Notes under the pieces: model-generated
What the model saw: the letters and a program-made list of their open reading frames with translations, nothing else
Databases searched by the model: none
What the model was told of the DNA's origin: nothing
In this document: positions 1 through 9,361 of the stretch, piece by piece
Layout of the letters: every line of letters begins with the position of its first letter
Position numbering within the stretch: position 1 is the stretch's first letter
Source: an uncultured virus (IMG/VR IMGVR_UViG_3300008259_004750)
Taxonomy: Duplodnaviria > Heunggongvirae > Uroviricota > Caudoviricetes
Strand: one strand, 5' to 3'
Length of the DNA stretch: 20,000 bases
IMG/VR virus record: IMGVR_UViG_3300008259_004750
Span: 53,073 to 73,072 of that record
Program-made: the position numbers and the translations under genes

Positions 1-6
1 CTGAAA

Positions 7-840
7 TTGAAACCGCTCAATAATATGGAAACAAATAATAACTCTTTTAATGTTTCGGTTATATTACCGATAAAATCCGCAATAGTTCAAGGATTTGATG
101 ACTATTTTAAAAAATGTATAGATTCTATTAAAAATCAAAAAGTAGGTATTAATGAATTAGTAATTGTACACACAGATGAAACTCAGTTGATTGAATTTTT
201 AGATTCATATGATTTTGGGGAAATTAATGTAAAAAAATATTCCTGGGGTGGAGAAGCTAACTACGCGATGCAAATTAATTATGGTGTTAGTGTTGCCGAA
301 TCTGAGTGGGTGTCACTTTTTGAAATTGACGATGAATATTCGAATATTTGGTTTAAAAATGTTAAAAAATATACGGAATCATACCCTGAAGTAAACGGAT
401 TTTTACCTCTTGTTATTGATGTTGATGAAAAAGGTGTATTTGCGGGGTTCACAAACGAAGCGACATTCGCACTTAACATTTCGGCTGAAATGGGTTATTT
501 AATGAACGAAACCTTACACACATATCAAAATTTTCAAATTTCAGGAATGGTTTTGAAAAAAGATGTTTTCTTAGAATATGGTAAAATAAAACCATCATTT
601 AAATTAACATTTGGATATGAATTCTTTTTAAGGTTAACATATAATTCTGTTAAAATTATGACAATACCAAAAATTGGTTATAAACACACCAATATGAGAA
701 CCGGAAGTATTTTTTGGAACTATAAAAATGGTGGAGATGTTTTGACAGAAAATGAAGTAAAGTTTTGGATTGAGTCCGCGAAAAAAGAATATTTTTTCAC
801 AGGTGAGAGAGGCATAAAATACGAACCACAAGAAGTTTAA
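7..840 (+). CDS. Glycosyltransferase family 2 (GT-A fold)
   Basis: VSVILPIK...YFKKCIDSIKNQ...ELVIV N-terminus, INYGV and EWVSLFEIDD (DxD-like) motifs. The true start may be the ATG at 25. Confidence 0.85.
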   Translation: MKPLNNMETNNNSFNVSVILPIKSAIVQGFDDYFKKCIDSIKNQKVGINELVIVHTDETQLIEFLDSYDFGEINVKKYSWGGEANYAMQINYGVSVAESEWVSLFEIDDEYSNIWFKNVKKYTESYPEVNGFLPLVIDVDEKGVFAGFTNEATFALNISAEMGYLMNETLHTYQNFQISGMVLKKDVFLEYGKIKPSFKLTFGYEFFLRLTYNSVKIMTIPKIGYKHTNMRTGSIFWNYKNGGDVLTENEVKFWIESAKKEYFFTGERGIKYEPQEV

Positions 841-1589
841 TGACTGAAATCAGCAGTTTGTCCGGAGAAACAAACGTTGAGCTGAAGAAGAAGGGTAGGA
901 AACCAAAACAGGCAAATTATTTTGACGTAAGAGAGGAGCAAGCGGTAATTAGATTTTTACAAGCAGAAACTTTTGACGAAAAAAATAAAATATACAATGA
1001 GTTTCTAAGAAAGCCCTTAGATAAAATGATATCTTCAATAATAAGAAGATATAAATTATACAGAAAAGATATGGACTTCTATGAAATCCATATAGATACT
1101 CACTCGTTTTTGATGACTAAAATAGATAAGTTTAAACCTTCTAAAGAAAAGAAGGCTTATTCTTACTTTGGTACTATTTGTAAGAATTATCTGATGGGTC
1201 AAATTATAAAAGACCAAAAAGATATGAATCGTAAAATATCTTATGAAGATATATCTAGTAATTTAGAAAACAACGCGGATTTTTCTTACAGTATTGAGAG
1301 GGATACAATAGATACTGAAGATATTATTACAAATTTTTTGAAAGAAATTGATTATTTTTTACATCAAAGTGATTTATCTGAAAATGAGATAAAGTTGGGG
1401 CACGCTCTATATGAATTGTTTGACAACTATAATGACATTTTTATTGGTAACGACAATAACAAGTTTAATAAAAATATTATTTTACTTTCTTTAAGAGAAA
1501 TGACAAATTTGAATACAAAAGAAATAAGAAGTTCTATGAAAAAATTTAAAACTATATATTTCAATCTGGTTCAAAAAATGATTAAATAG
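840..1589 (+). CDS. T4 gp55-like late-transcription sigma factor
   Basis: NYF near the N-terminus and KIDKFKPSKEKKAYSYFGTICKNYL resemble the sigma region-2 segment of gp55-like proteins (FDPxK..AFxYFT.I..N). Lies next to late structural genes. Confidence 0.7.
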   Translation: MTEISSLSGETNVELKKKGRKPKQANYFDVREEQAVIRFLQAETFDEKNKIYNEFLRKPLDKMISSIIRRYKLYRKDMDFYEIHIDTHSFLMTKIDKFKPSKEKKAYSYFGTICKNYLMGQIIKDQKDMNRKISYEDISSNLENNADFSYSIERDTIDTEDIITNFLKEIDYFLHQSDLSENEIKLGHALYELFDNYNDIFIGNDNNKFNKNIILLSLREMTNLNTKEIRSSMKKFKTIYFNLVQKMIK

Positions 1590-1597
1590 TATTTATT
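1590..1597 (+). promoter_or_regulatory. Recurrent upstream motif (TATTTATT variant)
   Basis: 3 nt upstream of the ATG at 1601. Confidence 0.5.
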
Positions 1598-1600
1598 GTT

Positions 1601-1972
1601 ATGCCAAGACCACAAAAAAAAGAAATAAATCTAACCAAAGATTCAATGTTGTCATTGATGCAAGAGATTTACAACGAACTTGTAGAACAGAGAAATACCG
1701 CGATTAGAATACAAAACAAAATGTTGTCAATGATGAAAGAGACCGAAGACATGACAGTACTTGGTCCAATCATCAAAGAACAACAAAAAATAATTAATGA
1801 CTGTGTTGAGAAAAAATTAACTCTATCAAAGTTACAATCTTCATTATGGGAAAAATCAAACTCAAATCAGGAAAGTTTTTCTATTAATGATTTAGATGTT
1901 GATGATGAGATGTTACAAAATTTGATTGAAAAAGATATTTCAAAAAATGACGGGTCATATAAAATGAAATAA
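1601..1972 (+). CDS. Hypothetical helical/coiled-coil phage protein
   Basis: 123-aa ORF in a tightly packed operon, preceded by TATTTAT. Confidence 0.7.
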   Translation: MPRPQKKEINLTKDSMLSLMQEIYNELVEQRNTAIRIQNKMLSMMKETEDMTVLGPIIKEQQKIINDCVEKKLTLSKLQSSLWEKSNSNQESFSINDLDVDDEMLQNLIEKDISKNDGSYKMK

Positions 1973-1983
1973 TAACTCAAATA

Positions 1984-3906
1984 ATGTCATTAGACCTTAA
2001 ATCAGATTATAATAAAGCTAAGAGTAAAATCCAAGCTACCAAATCATACAAAGATTTAAAGGGTCAGTATGATAAAGCTCAAAAAAAAGTTGGTGATTCT
2101 TTAGAAAAAGGAAAGGACACGCTTAGTGACTCTAAAGAAAAATTTGAGGAACAATTAGATGTAATAAAAAATCAGGCAAAAAGATATCAAACTGAGAAAA
2201 AGAACCAATTAGAAGAACTTTTAGATATCAATAAAGTCACAGGTAATAATTCGGTTAGATATATTAAACAAAAAATGATTAAGGCGTTACAGAATATTCG
2301 CCCCAAAATTGATGAAATTTTAATAGAAGAAGCTATAAAGGCTGTTGGATGTGACCAACAACAAACATATGACCCTGTAACTATTTATGTTAAAGTAAAA
2401 TCAGTAGACCCTGCCGGACTTCTTAAAAAAAATCCAACATCTAAAGTTGCCAAAATTTTATATGAAAAGGACGATGTTGTAATACAGAATTTTCCTTTTT
2501 CTTTTAATAAAGAATTATATAATAGAGTTCAAAATCCAGGTCAATTGTATAGTACCGCAAATGGACAAAATTATTTTGGTAATTCGGGTAATGAGTTATT
2601 GGATATAAGTTTTGTAGAATTCAACAATTTTGGCGAATCAGGACCTTGGTTTCAAGTTGATTTGAAACAAAGAGTTGCCAGTTCACCTAATGTTGTCGGG
2701 GAATTTTTAGTAGACTATTTTAAAACGATTAATATTTTTGAATTTACCAATGTAATGGCAAATATTATGAACTCACTTAGTGGGGCCATTTCAATTAAAG
2801 CCAATGTGGGAGTAAATGAAGTCACCGACTCAACAAAATTTGAAAGATATATTGCAAGAATTTTAGGTTTATGTTTTGATAATAGAAAACAAATAGATGT
2901 TAGTGGGGTGGCAAAAGTTGCTGAACTCGATGGGATTGATGAATCTTTTTACGAACTAACACAAATTGAGTTAAGAAATGTTGAAAATAAAGTCAGTAAC
3001 ATCCAAAATGGTGTAGTTGAATTTGAAGATTGTGATACGGAGAAGCTTCCTGTTAATGCTGACCAAATAGTTGACGCTCTTAATCAGTTAAACTTTGTTG
3101 AGGGTAGAGACCTTGACAAAGCTGCGGACTCATTATCGGATATTTTAGCACAAAATCCAGCATGGAAAGGATTAGCAATTAACGGAAATATAAAGGCGGC
3201 AATTGATTTAAATTTTATAAAATTAATTACTCAGGGGTTAGTTTTTGCATTACTTGGACCAAAAGTTCTACTTCCTATTTTCACTATGTTAAAAGCGATA
3301 GGTAAAGAATTATGTGGTAATATTAATGGATTTGTTGATTTGCTTATTTGTTTTAAAGAATTCATGAAAGAGTTAATCTCTAAGATTGGTTCTTTGTTCA
3401 TAAAAGAACTATTCAAATTAATCAAACGAGACATACTAAATCTAATCCAAGCGGTAATTAAAGATTTGTCTAAAGAGTTAAAAGACAAAAGAATTATTAT
3501 GATTTTAAAATTGGTACAATTAATTTTAGTTGTGGCTCAATTTGTTAGGGATTGGAGAGAATGTAAAAGTGTCGTAGACGAAATTTTGTGGTTACTTAAT
3601 ATTGCATTATCGGGTTGGGGGTCTCAAATTCCTCTTCCTCTATTGTACGCATCTCAATTATTAGACGGATTTTCTGCAACCAGAGCTTACATAGGGACAA
3701 TAGAGGAACTACAAAAAATTGGGGTACCTACCGGTCCTATGCCTGATGGAAGTCCTAATTTAACGGTTTTATCAATGTTGAGTCAGTTAAAGGCTCAAGT
3801 TACGGAAGAAGCTGAAAATGGTAAAGTTCAAATAGCGTTACCACCTTTAACCATAACTCCTGCGGGATTAACAGTACCACAAAGCGCATTCGGTAAAAAA
3901 TTCTAA
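1984..3906 (+). CDS. Large hypothetical protein, probably virion/baseplate-associated
   Basis: 640 aa with an N-terminal coiled coil, hydrophobic helices in the C-terminal third and a PTGPMPDGSPNL motif. Lies upstream of the gp5-like gene. Confidence 0.6.
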   Translation: MSLDLKSDYNKAKSKIQATKSYKDLKGQYDKAQKKVGDSLEKGKDTLSDSKEKFEEQLDVIKNQAKRYQTEKKNQLEELLDINKVTGNNSVRYIKQKMIKALQNIRPKIDEILIEEAIKAVGCDQQQTYDPVTIYVKVKSVDPAGLLKKNPTSKVAKILYEKDDVVIQNFPFSFNKELYNRVQNPGQLYSTANGQNYFGNSGNELLDISFVEFNNFGESGPWFQVDLKQRVASSPNVVGEFLVDYFKTINIFEFTNVMANIMNSLSGAISIKANVGVNEVTDSTKFERYIARILGLCFDNRKQIDVSGVAKVAELDGIDESFYELTQIELRNVENKVSNIQNGVVEFEDCDTEKLPVNADQIVDALNQLNFVEGRDLDKAADSLSDILAQNPAWKGLAINGNIKAAIDLNFIKLITQGLVFALLGPKVLLPIFTMLKAIGKELCGNINGFVDLLICFKEFMKELISKIGSLFIKELFKLIKRDILNLIQAVIKDLSKELKDKRIIMILKLVQLILVVAQFVRDWRECKSVVDEILWLLNIALSGWGSQIPLPLLYASQLLDGFSATRAYIGTIEELQKIGVPTGPMPDGSPNLTVLSMLSQLKAQVTEEAENGKVQIALPPLTITPAGLTVPQSAFGKKF

Positions 3907-3909
3907 ACT

Positions 3910-4125
3910 ATGGAAAATAAACAACACGCAGAAAAAGTAGTTCAAATAATAAAAGAGTATAAATCCAGACCTAATAAAGATTTAACAATAGCTATGGATT
4001 TTTTAAAAGAAGATTTTGAAAAAACTAAGGACAGTCTCTTAAAACTAACTAATCATTTAGATAAAGTTGAAAATTCTTATAATTTATTATTAAAAGAATA
4101 CCAAAGTAGGAATCAATCAATATGA
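3910..4125 (+). CDS. Small coiled-coil hypothetical protein
   Basis: 71 aa, ATGA overlap with the next gene. Confidence 0.65.
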   Translation: MENKQHAEKVVQIIKEYKSRPNKDLTIAMDFLKEDFEKTKDSLLKLTNHLDKVENSYNLLLKEYQSRNQSI

Positions 4126-5720
4126 GAATAACCGAACAAAATAAACATCAAATAATATTTCCAGGTATCGTTTACGATGACAATGACCCTATGATGTTAG
4201 GTCGTATTAGAGTTATACCTGAAACTGAAAATTATTCAGATATAATTGCATCAGTACCAAATTGGAATGAAAAAAAGGATATATGGACAAGTCGAGACCC
4301 TTTAATTTTTTTACCGTTACTTCCAGTTTTTTATAATCAGTCACCTAAAAAAGGAGAGTATGTTCATATATTTTATCAAAACAAAGAATTCCCATTTAAG
4401 AATCAATTTTACATACAAGGACCATTCTCAAGTCCGTTATTATTAAATTATGAAAATTACCAAGGGGCTAAAAAATTCTTAGCAACTGGAGATAGGATAA
4501 AACAAGGGTTGAGTATTAAAAATCAAGACGGTACTTATAAAGAAAAAAATAGTAAGGGAGTTTTTGCAGAACCTGAAGATGTTGCAATTTACGGTAGGGG
4601 GACTTCTGACTTAGTAATTAAAGATGAAGAACTATTATTAAGAGCCGGAAAAGTAAGAGGGTTCAAAACTAAAGAATTACCTACGGCAAACATTAACAGA
4701 GCTTTTTTACAACTTTCAAATTTTTCACAAACTAAAGAAAAATTACCAAAAGAAATAAAATTAAGTTTTATTGAAAATGTAAAAAATGTAAAAAAAATTA
4801 TCATTTGGGATATTTCCAACTTAGAGAATGATGCTGACTCGTTCAATGGTTCTGTTGGTTTATATGCTGCAATTCCACAACCAACTGGTGAAAATAACCC
4901 AATAACTACAAAAAATTTCAAAGCTAATACTATAACAAAATTATCGATTGGTACTGAATATCAAGGTCCTATTGAAGAAATAACATTTAACTCTAAATCC
5001 TACACTGAAATAGTTAATATTGTAAATTCATTTATAAGTGGTGTTTTTGGTGGTTTTTTAAATGTTTCTGGTTATACAACAAACAGTCAACAAAATGTTA
5101 CTCCTGAAAATGTATTTCCTCTAATAATTACTCCGTCAAAGGATGCTTACAAAACAGGGTCCAGAGTCAGTCCTAGTATTGACCCTTCACAATTAGTGGA
5201 ATCTAGAAATTTTATGAAATTTTTTAAGGGTATTAACATTGACCCCGCTAAACCTAACAAATCAGGTTTCTTCTTAATTTCTGATAATAGAATCGGTACT
5301 CCTGTATTCGGACCGCAGCAAGATGTTAAGATAAATAGAATAACCCCAACAATATTTACACCTGACCAAATAAGTTACGGTGTAATGGGTGCTCAAAAAA
5401 TTTATCTATTATCCCATAACTCAACACATCCTAGTGGAGGTAAGATAAATTTACAAGATACAATTTACGGAATACCTCAGGATAAATTTATTGGTGATAA
5501 CAGAAGTATTGAATCTCTGAGTTTCTCAAGCATAAGAGGTGAAAAAATGTTAGAATTGATTAGAAAGATATTCTCTTTTGTGAAGGGTCATGTTCATGCA
5601 ATTGCAACAACTCCACCAATACCAGTAACTGAAGGTAATGGTATTACTACCGCTGAAATTGACCAGATACTTGCCGACGCTGAAAATACCATCCTTAATC
5701 AAAATATCCGTATTAATTGA
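4122..5720 (+). CDS. Baseplate hub/central spike protein (T4 gp5/VgrG-like)
   Basis: N-terminal GIVYDDNDPMMLGRIRV (gp5 OB-fold signature) and C-terminal RGEKM...GHVH (HxH spike-tip motif). Confidence 0.75.
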   Translation: MRITEQNKHQIIFPGIVYDDNDPMMLGRIRVIPETENYSDIIASVPNWNEKKDIWTSRDPLIFLPLLPVFYNQSPKKGEYVHIFYQNKEFPFKNQFYIQGPFSSPLLLNYENYQGAKKFLATGDRIKQGLSIKNQDGTYKEKNSKGVFAEPEDVAIYGRGTSDLVIKDEELLLRAGKVRGFKTKELPTANINRAFLQLSNFSQTKEKLPKEIKLSFIENVKNVKKIIIWDISNLENDADSFNGSVGLYAAIPQPTGENNPITTKNFKANTITKLSIGTEYQGPIEEITFNSKSYTEIVNIVNSFISGVFGGFLNVSGYTTNSQQNVTPENVFPLIITPSKDAYKTGSRVSPSIDPSQLVESRNFMKFFKGINIDPAKPNKSGFFLISDNRIGTPVFGPQQDVKINRITPTIFTPDQISYGVMGAQKIYLLSHNSTHPSGGKINLQDTIYGIPQDKFIGDNRSIESLSFSSIRGEKMLELIRKIFSFVKGHVHAIATTPPIPVTEGNGITTAEIDQILADAENTILNQNIRIN

Positions 5721-5728
5721 TATTTATA
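5719..5728 (+). promoter_or_regulatory. Putative late promoter GATATTTATA
   Basis: 14 nt upstream of the ATG at 5743. Confidence 0.7.
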
Positions 5729-5742
5729 ATTAAAAGTTATAA

Positions 5743-7209
5743 ATGTCTATAAACAATTCTTATTTCAGTAAGAACAACACAATACTATCAAATAGTTTTA
5801 CTAATACAGGAAGAAATCCTGTAACAGAATTATTTTTTGGTAATTTTGTTTATTCTGAATTCCCAAATGGATATAGTAGATTCATATTTGATTTAGATTT
5901 AACACTACTTAGGTCAAAAATTGCCGATGGAACAATATCAACAACTTGTTCAAGTGCAATGACTCACACTCTTAGAATGGTTAATACATCGTTCTTTGAA
6001 GAGGAATTAAAAAATACTCCGACTTCAAATGGAAGAATGAGAGCAACCTCGTTTGACCTTATATTATTTAGAATACCTTACGCAAATTCAGAATTACAAA
6101 CTCCTCAAAATTGGGACGAAGGTGTTGGTTATGATTTTGCGGATTTAATTTATGAATTTAAGGACGCGGATAAAAACTTTTCAGATAGACCATCAAACTG
6201 GTTTCAAACTACAACAATTGATAACTGGACTCAAGAAGGTATATACAACAATAAAAACACAGGTACGGTAAACTATTCGGCACTAACCATTGTTGACACT
6301 CAGCATTTTGAATTTGGGGACGAGAATATCTCCTTTGATATGACTGACGAGATTAATAATATTCTTAACGGTAGTTTAGTTAATACAACGGGGTGGGGTA
6401 TAGCATATTTACCTCAGGTTGAAAATTTAACAGGGTTAACTCAACCATACGAAGTTCAATTTTTTACTCGTCATACCCAAACATTTTATGAACCTTACTT
6501 AGAAACTAATTATAATGATTTAATACAAGATGATAGGAACTTATTTACATTAGGTAAAAGTAATAAGTTATATCTGTATTTATTCGATGATGGTAACCCA
6601 ATTAATTTGGATGTATTACCTACGGTGAATTTAACCGATGGGTCGGGTGATTTAATACCGGGAGCGTCAGGCTTAACCGCTTGTAGAAGAACTAAAGGAG
6701 TATATGAGGTTACAATACCACCACTAATCGGGTATAAAACACCTTGTACATTTAGTGATGAATGGTCAGGATTAATTTTAAATGGATTAACACTTTCAGA
6801 CATTACAAATGAATTTGTAGTTTACCCATTAAAGAAATCTTTATCTATTGGTTTAGATTCTGTAGAACCAAAACTATATGGGTTTGATTATTATGGTATT
6901 AAACAAGATGAAAAGATTTTTAATACTGATATTAGAAAAGTTGGTGTAATAATTAAACAAGCTTACTCGACCGCTAAACTTCTACCAAAGGTTGATGCCT
7001 CATATAGAATTTATGTTAGAGAAGGTCAAACTGAAGTTCAGGTACAAGACTGGACTAAGGTTAATAGAACACCGAACGAATATTATTTTATTTTTGATAC
7101 AAGAGATAAAATACCTAATGAATATTACATCGACATACAAGTTGTTAGTTCTGGAGAAGTTAATACATATAAGAGACAAATTAAATTCCAAATAGTTAAT
7201 TACAAATAA
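5743..7209 (+). CDS. Putative virion structural protein (beta-rich, DNRLRE-like domain plus Ig-like C-terminus)
   Basis: SRFIFDLDL, NWDEGVGYD, SFDMTDEIN, GWGIA and FFTRHT..YEPYLE pattern; own late motif upstream. Confidence 0.55.
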   Translation: MSINNSYFSKNNTILSNSFTNTGRNPVTELFFGNFVYSEFPNGYSRFIFDLDLTLLRSKIADGTISTTCSSAMTHTLRMVNTSFFEEELKNTPTSNGRMRATSFDLILFRIPYANSELQTPQNWDEGVGYDFADLIYEFKDADKNFSDRPSNWFQTTTIDNWTQEGIYNNKNTGTVNYSALTIVDTQHFEFGDENISFDMTDEINNILNGSLVNTTGWGIAYLPQVENLTGLTQPYEVQFFTRHTQTFYEPYLETNYNDLIQDDRNLFTLGKSNKLYLYLFDDGNPINLDVLPTVNLTDGSGDLIPGASGLTACRRTKGVYEVTIPPLIGYKTPCTFSDEWSGLILNGLTLSDITNEFVVYPLKKSLSIGLDSVEPKLYGFDYYGIKQDEKIFNTDIRKVGVIIKQAYSTAKLLPKVDASYRIYVREGQTEVQVQDWTKVNRTPNEYYFIFDTRDKIPNEYYIDIQVVSSGEVNTYKRQIKFQIVNYK

Positions 7210-7218
7210 ATAAAATTA

Positions 7219-7228
7219 GATATTTATA
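7219..7228 (+). promoter_or_regulatory. Putative late promoter GATATTTATA
   Basis: 13 nt upstream of the ATG at 7242. Confidence 0.7.
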
Positions 7229-7241
7229 ATAAAAAACCACA

Positions 7242-7628
7242 ATGGCATATAGAAATATGACGGGTACTACCTGTGGAAATGGGGAAGTACTTACATTTAT
7301 AGCGGATGACTCTGGAGTATCAGCCAGTACTTTTTACCAATTAAGTACAGGTTTATGTATACAAATTACTGCGGTTAATACCGCATATACCGAAACTAAT
7401 AACACGGTTTCTTTAGTTAAACAATACGCAAATTGTGCGGCTTGTTTAGCTCCTATTTCGGCAAATACCGAACAAGTAATTGGATTCTATTTAAATAGCG
7501 ATATTAATAATGGTGACGACACTGGAAAAACTTTTGTACCACCTCATCCTGTTTGGACTAATGGTCAAAATCACGCAGTTGTCCAACTTAATATGATTAC
7601 TCTTGGTGGTAATGGTTTAAATTCTTAA
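7242..7628 (+). CDS. Small Cys/Thr-rich hypothetical protein, probably virion-associated
   Basis: 128 aa, YANCAAC motif, late motif upstream. Confidence 0.65.
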   Translation: MAYRNMTGTTCGNGEVLTFIADDSGVSASTFYQLSTGLCIQITAVNTAYTETNNTVSLVKQYANCAACLAPISANTEQVIGFYLNSDINNGDDTGKTFVPPHPVWTNGQNHAVVQLNMITLGGNGLNS

Positions 7629-7632
7629 TACT

Positions 7633-8109
7633 ATGAAAAAAATTAAATTGTCTGAAAACGAATTAAACAAAATCATTAAAAGAGTAATTGAGGAACAAGG
7701 TTCCGATAGATATATGTTCTTTTCAAACTTAGAACAAATGAGAAGACAATGTGATATATTGTTAAGTAAAAATAGAGATGAAATTGATTCTATTTTAGAC
7801 AATGGTCACGATTGGGCTCAAGACCATATTGCCGAAGCAAAAAATAATATGGACCAAGTGTTTGATTTCTTAATGAATGAAACAACCGATGAAGGCGATT
7901 TAGATGACCAATCGGACGAAGAGGAAATGGTTATGATGGAAGGTCGTAAAAAGTCAGGTACAAAATTGTGTGCTAGAGGAAAAGCGGCGGCTAAGGCAAA
8001 ATTTAAAGTTTGGCCCTCAGCTTATGGGAACGGTTTTGCGGTTCAGGTTTGCCAAGGTCGAATGAAAGGGCTTGACGGTAAAAAAAGATGTTCTCCACCT
8101 TATTGTTAA
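7633..8109 (+). CDS. Probable head-associated protein with propeptide and C-terminal basic KFKVWPSAY domain
   Basis: LSENELNKIIKRVIEEQ leader, acidic linker ending MME, Cys-containing basic C-terminal domain. Confidence 0.65.
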   Translation: MKKIKLSENELNKIIKRVIEEQGSDRYMFFSNLEQMRRQCDILLSKNRDEIDSILDNGHDWAQDHIAEAKNNMDQVFDFLMNETTDEGDLDDQSDEEEMVMMEGRKKSGTKLCARGKAAAKAKFKVWPSAYGNGFAVQVCQGRMKGLDGKKRCSPPYC

Positions 8110-8112
8110 TGT

Positions 8113-8481
8113 ATGGAATTTATAAAAAAATATTGGTATTACTCAGTTATATTGGGGTTAGTTCTTTACATAATAACAACTCCAAAAAAAGTTTACAGAG
8201 TTGTCCCAAAAGAGAACGACAAATATGTTAAAGTTATAGATAAGTTAAAAGATAGTATCAATAACTTGAACTTAGAAAAAAATACCTTACTTTTGAATAA
8301 ACCAACTTCCCAAGTTGAGACCGTTACGGTAACCATTAAATCACCACCAAAAGAAAAAATAATTTATCAAAATGAAGTCATTGTTCAAGAATCTGATTGT
8401 ATTGATTTTTATTCTGACCGCAAGCTTGACAGTTTGTGGACAGGAAGTAGAACTACCAAAAAGAATAATCTTAAAAGGTGA
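8113..8481 (+). CDS. Membrane-anchored coiled-coil protein, i-spanin-like
   Basis: N-terminal TM (YWYYSVILGLVLYII) followed by a coiled coil; overlaps the next gene by 110 nt. Confidence 0.5.
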   Translation: MEFIKKYWYYSVILGLVLYIITTPKKVYRVVPKENDKYVKVIDKLKDSINNLNLEKNTLLLNKPTSQVETVTVTIKSPPKEKIIYQNEVIVQESDCIDFYSDRKLDSLWTGSRTTKKNNLKR

Positions 8482-8875
8482 TTCGGGTGTTTTCTTCACA
8501 AAAAAACAAGAAAAAGTATTAATATACAAGTTGAATTATATCAAAACCCTTGAAAGACAGATTGATTCGTTAGAAAACGAAAACCAAAAATGTTCGGTTA
8601 ATTTAAAAGCATCTGAAATAACTAATGAAGTTATTTCAAAAAGAAAAGAAGATTTATATCAAATTGTAAGTATACAAGATTCGTTAATAAAAGGTCAAGA
8701 AAGTATAATCAATACTAAAGACGAAAAATTACGTAAATGGAAAAAAACAACTCTTTGCACTGGAGTTGTTGCGGTTGGTTGTGTTTTTGCCGGAGTCACA
8801 GGTGCTTGGTTACCCGCAGTCGCGGTAATTGCCGTTACCGAAGCCGCAATTATTTTTACAAAAAAAACAAAATAA
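8372..8875 (+). CDS. Exported coiled-coil protein with C-terminal TM, spanin-like
   Basis: Signal peptide ending LTVCGQ, coiled coil, C-terminal hydrophobic segment. Confidence 0.5.
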   Translation: MKSLFKNLIVLIFILTASLTVCGQEVELPKRIILKGDSGVFFTKKQEKVLIYKLNYIKTLERQIDSLENENQKCSVNLKASEITNEVISKRKEDLYQIVSIQDSLIKGQESIINTKDEKLRKWKKTTLCTGVVAVGCVFAGVTGAWLPAVAVIAVTEAAIIFTKKTK

Positions 8876-8876
8876 G

Positions 8877-8909
8877 TTTGTCAGTTATCTAATTTTTTTT
8901 TTATCTTTG
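8877..8909 (+). promoter_or_regulatory. Bacteroidota-type primary-sigma promoter (-33 TTTG / -7 TAnnTTTG)
   Basis: TTTG 8877-8880, 21-nt spacer, TATCTTTG 8902-8909, upstream of the ORF at 8936. Confidence 0.7.
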
Positions 8910-8935
8910 TAGTCATAAATAAAAGAACTATAAAA

Positions 8936-9361
8936 ATGAACATTATTAAGACAAAACTGAAAAAACTTTACTCAAAATTTATTATTTGGTCTCAGAAAAA
9001 AATTAAAGCAAATCAAAGGAGTAAAGAAGAGAATATTAAAACTTGTGTTTCAATATGTCGCAAATTAATAAAACACGAAAGTTCTAAGTTTGTTATCGCA
9101 CCTATATCGGGTAAAAAATATATTAAAAATAAAGAGCTAGGTCTTTTTGTAATTCTAGATGGTGGTAAAGTTAGTATCACAAACCACGTTTACCATTATG
9201 ATATATTTTTAGATTTGAAAGAGTGGGATAGTGTTGTACGAATGTATGATGCGAGAACCGAAAAAGAAGTACAAGTATATGAAAATGAAATAAAATCTCA
9301 GATTGAGGTCTCCCTATCAACGATACTTACAAAAGTTAGTGAAAATAATTTAGTTATTTAA
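8936..9361 (+). CDS. Hypothetical basic protein, probably early-expressed
   Basis: 141-aa ORF downstream of the host-type promoter. Confidence 0.7.
   Translation: MNIIKTKLKKLYSKFIIWSQKKIKANQRSKEENIKTCVSICRKLIKHESSKFVIAPISGKKYIKNKELGLFVILDGGKVSITNHVYHYDIFLDLKEWDSVVRMYDARTEKEVQVYENEIKSQIEVSLSTILTKVSENNLVI

Noticed and set aside
279..7802. Short minus-strand and alternate-frame ORFs inside the left-arm genes
   Set aside because: Nested in or largely overlapping longer, well-supported genes, with no motifs or start context
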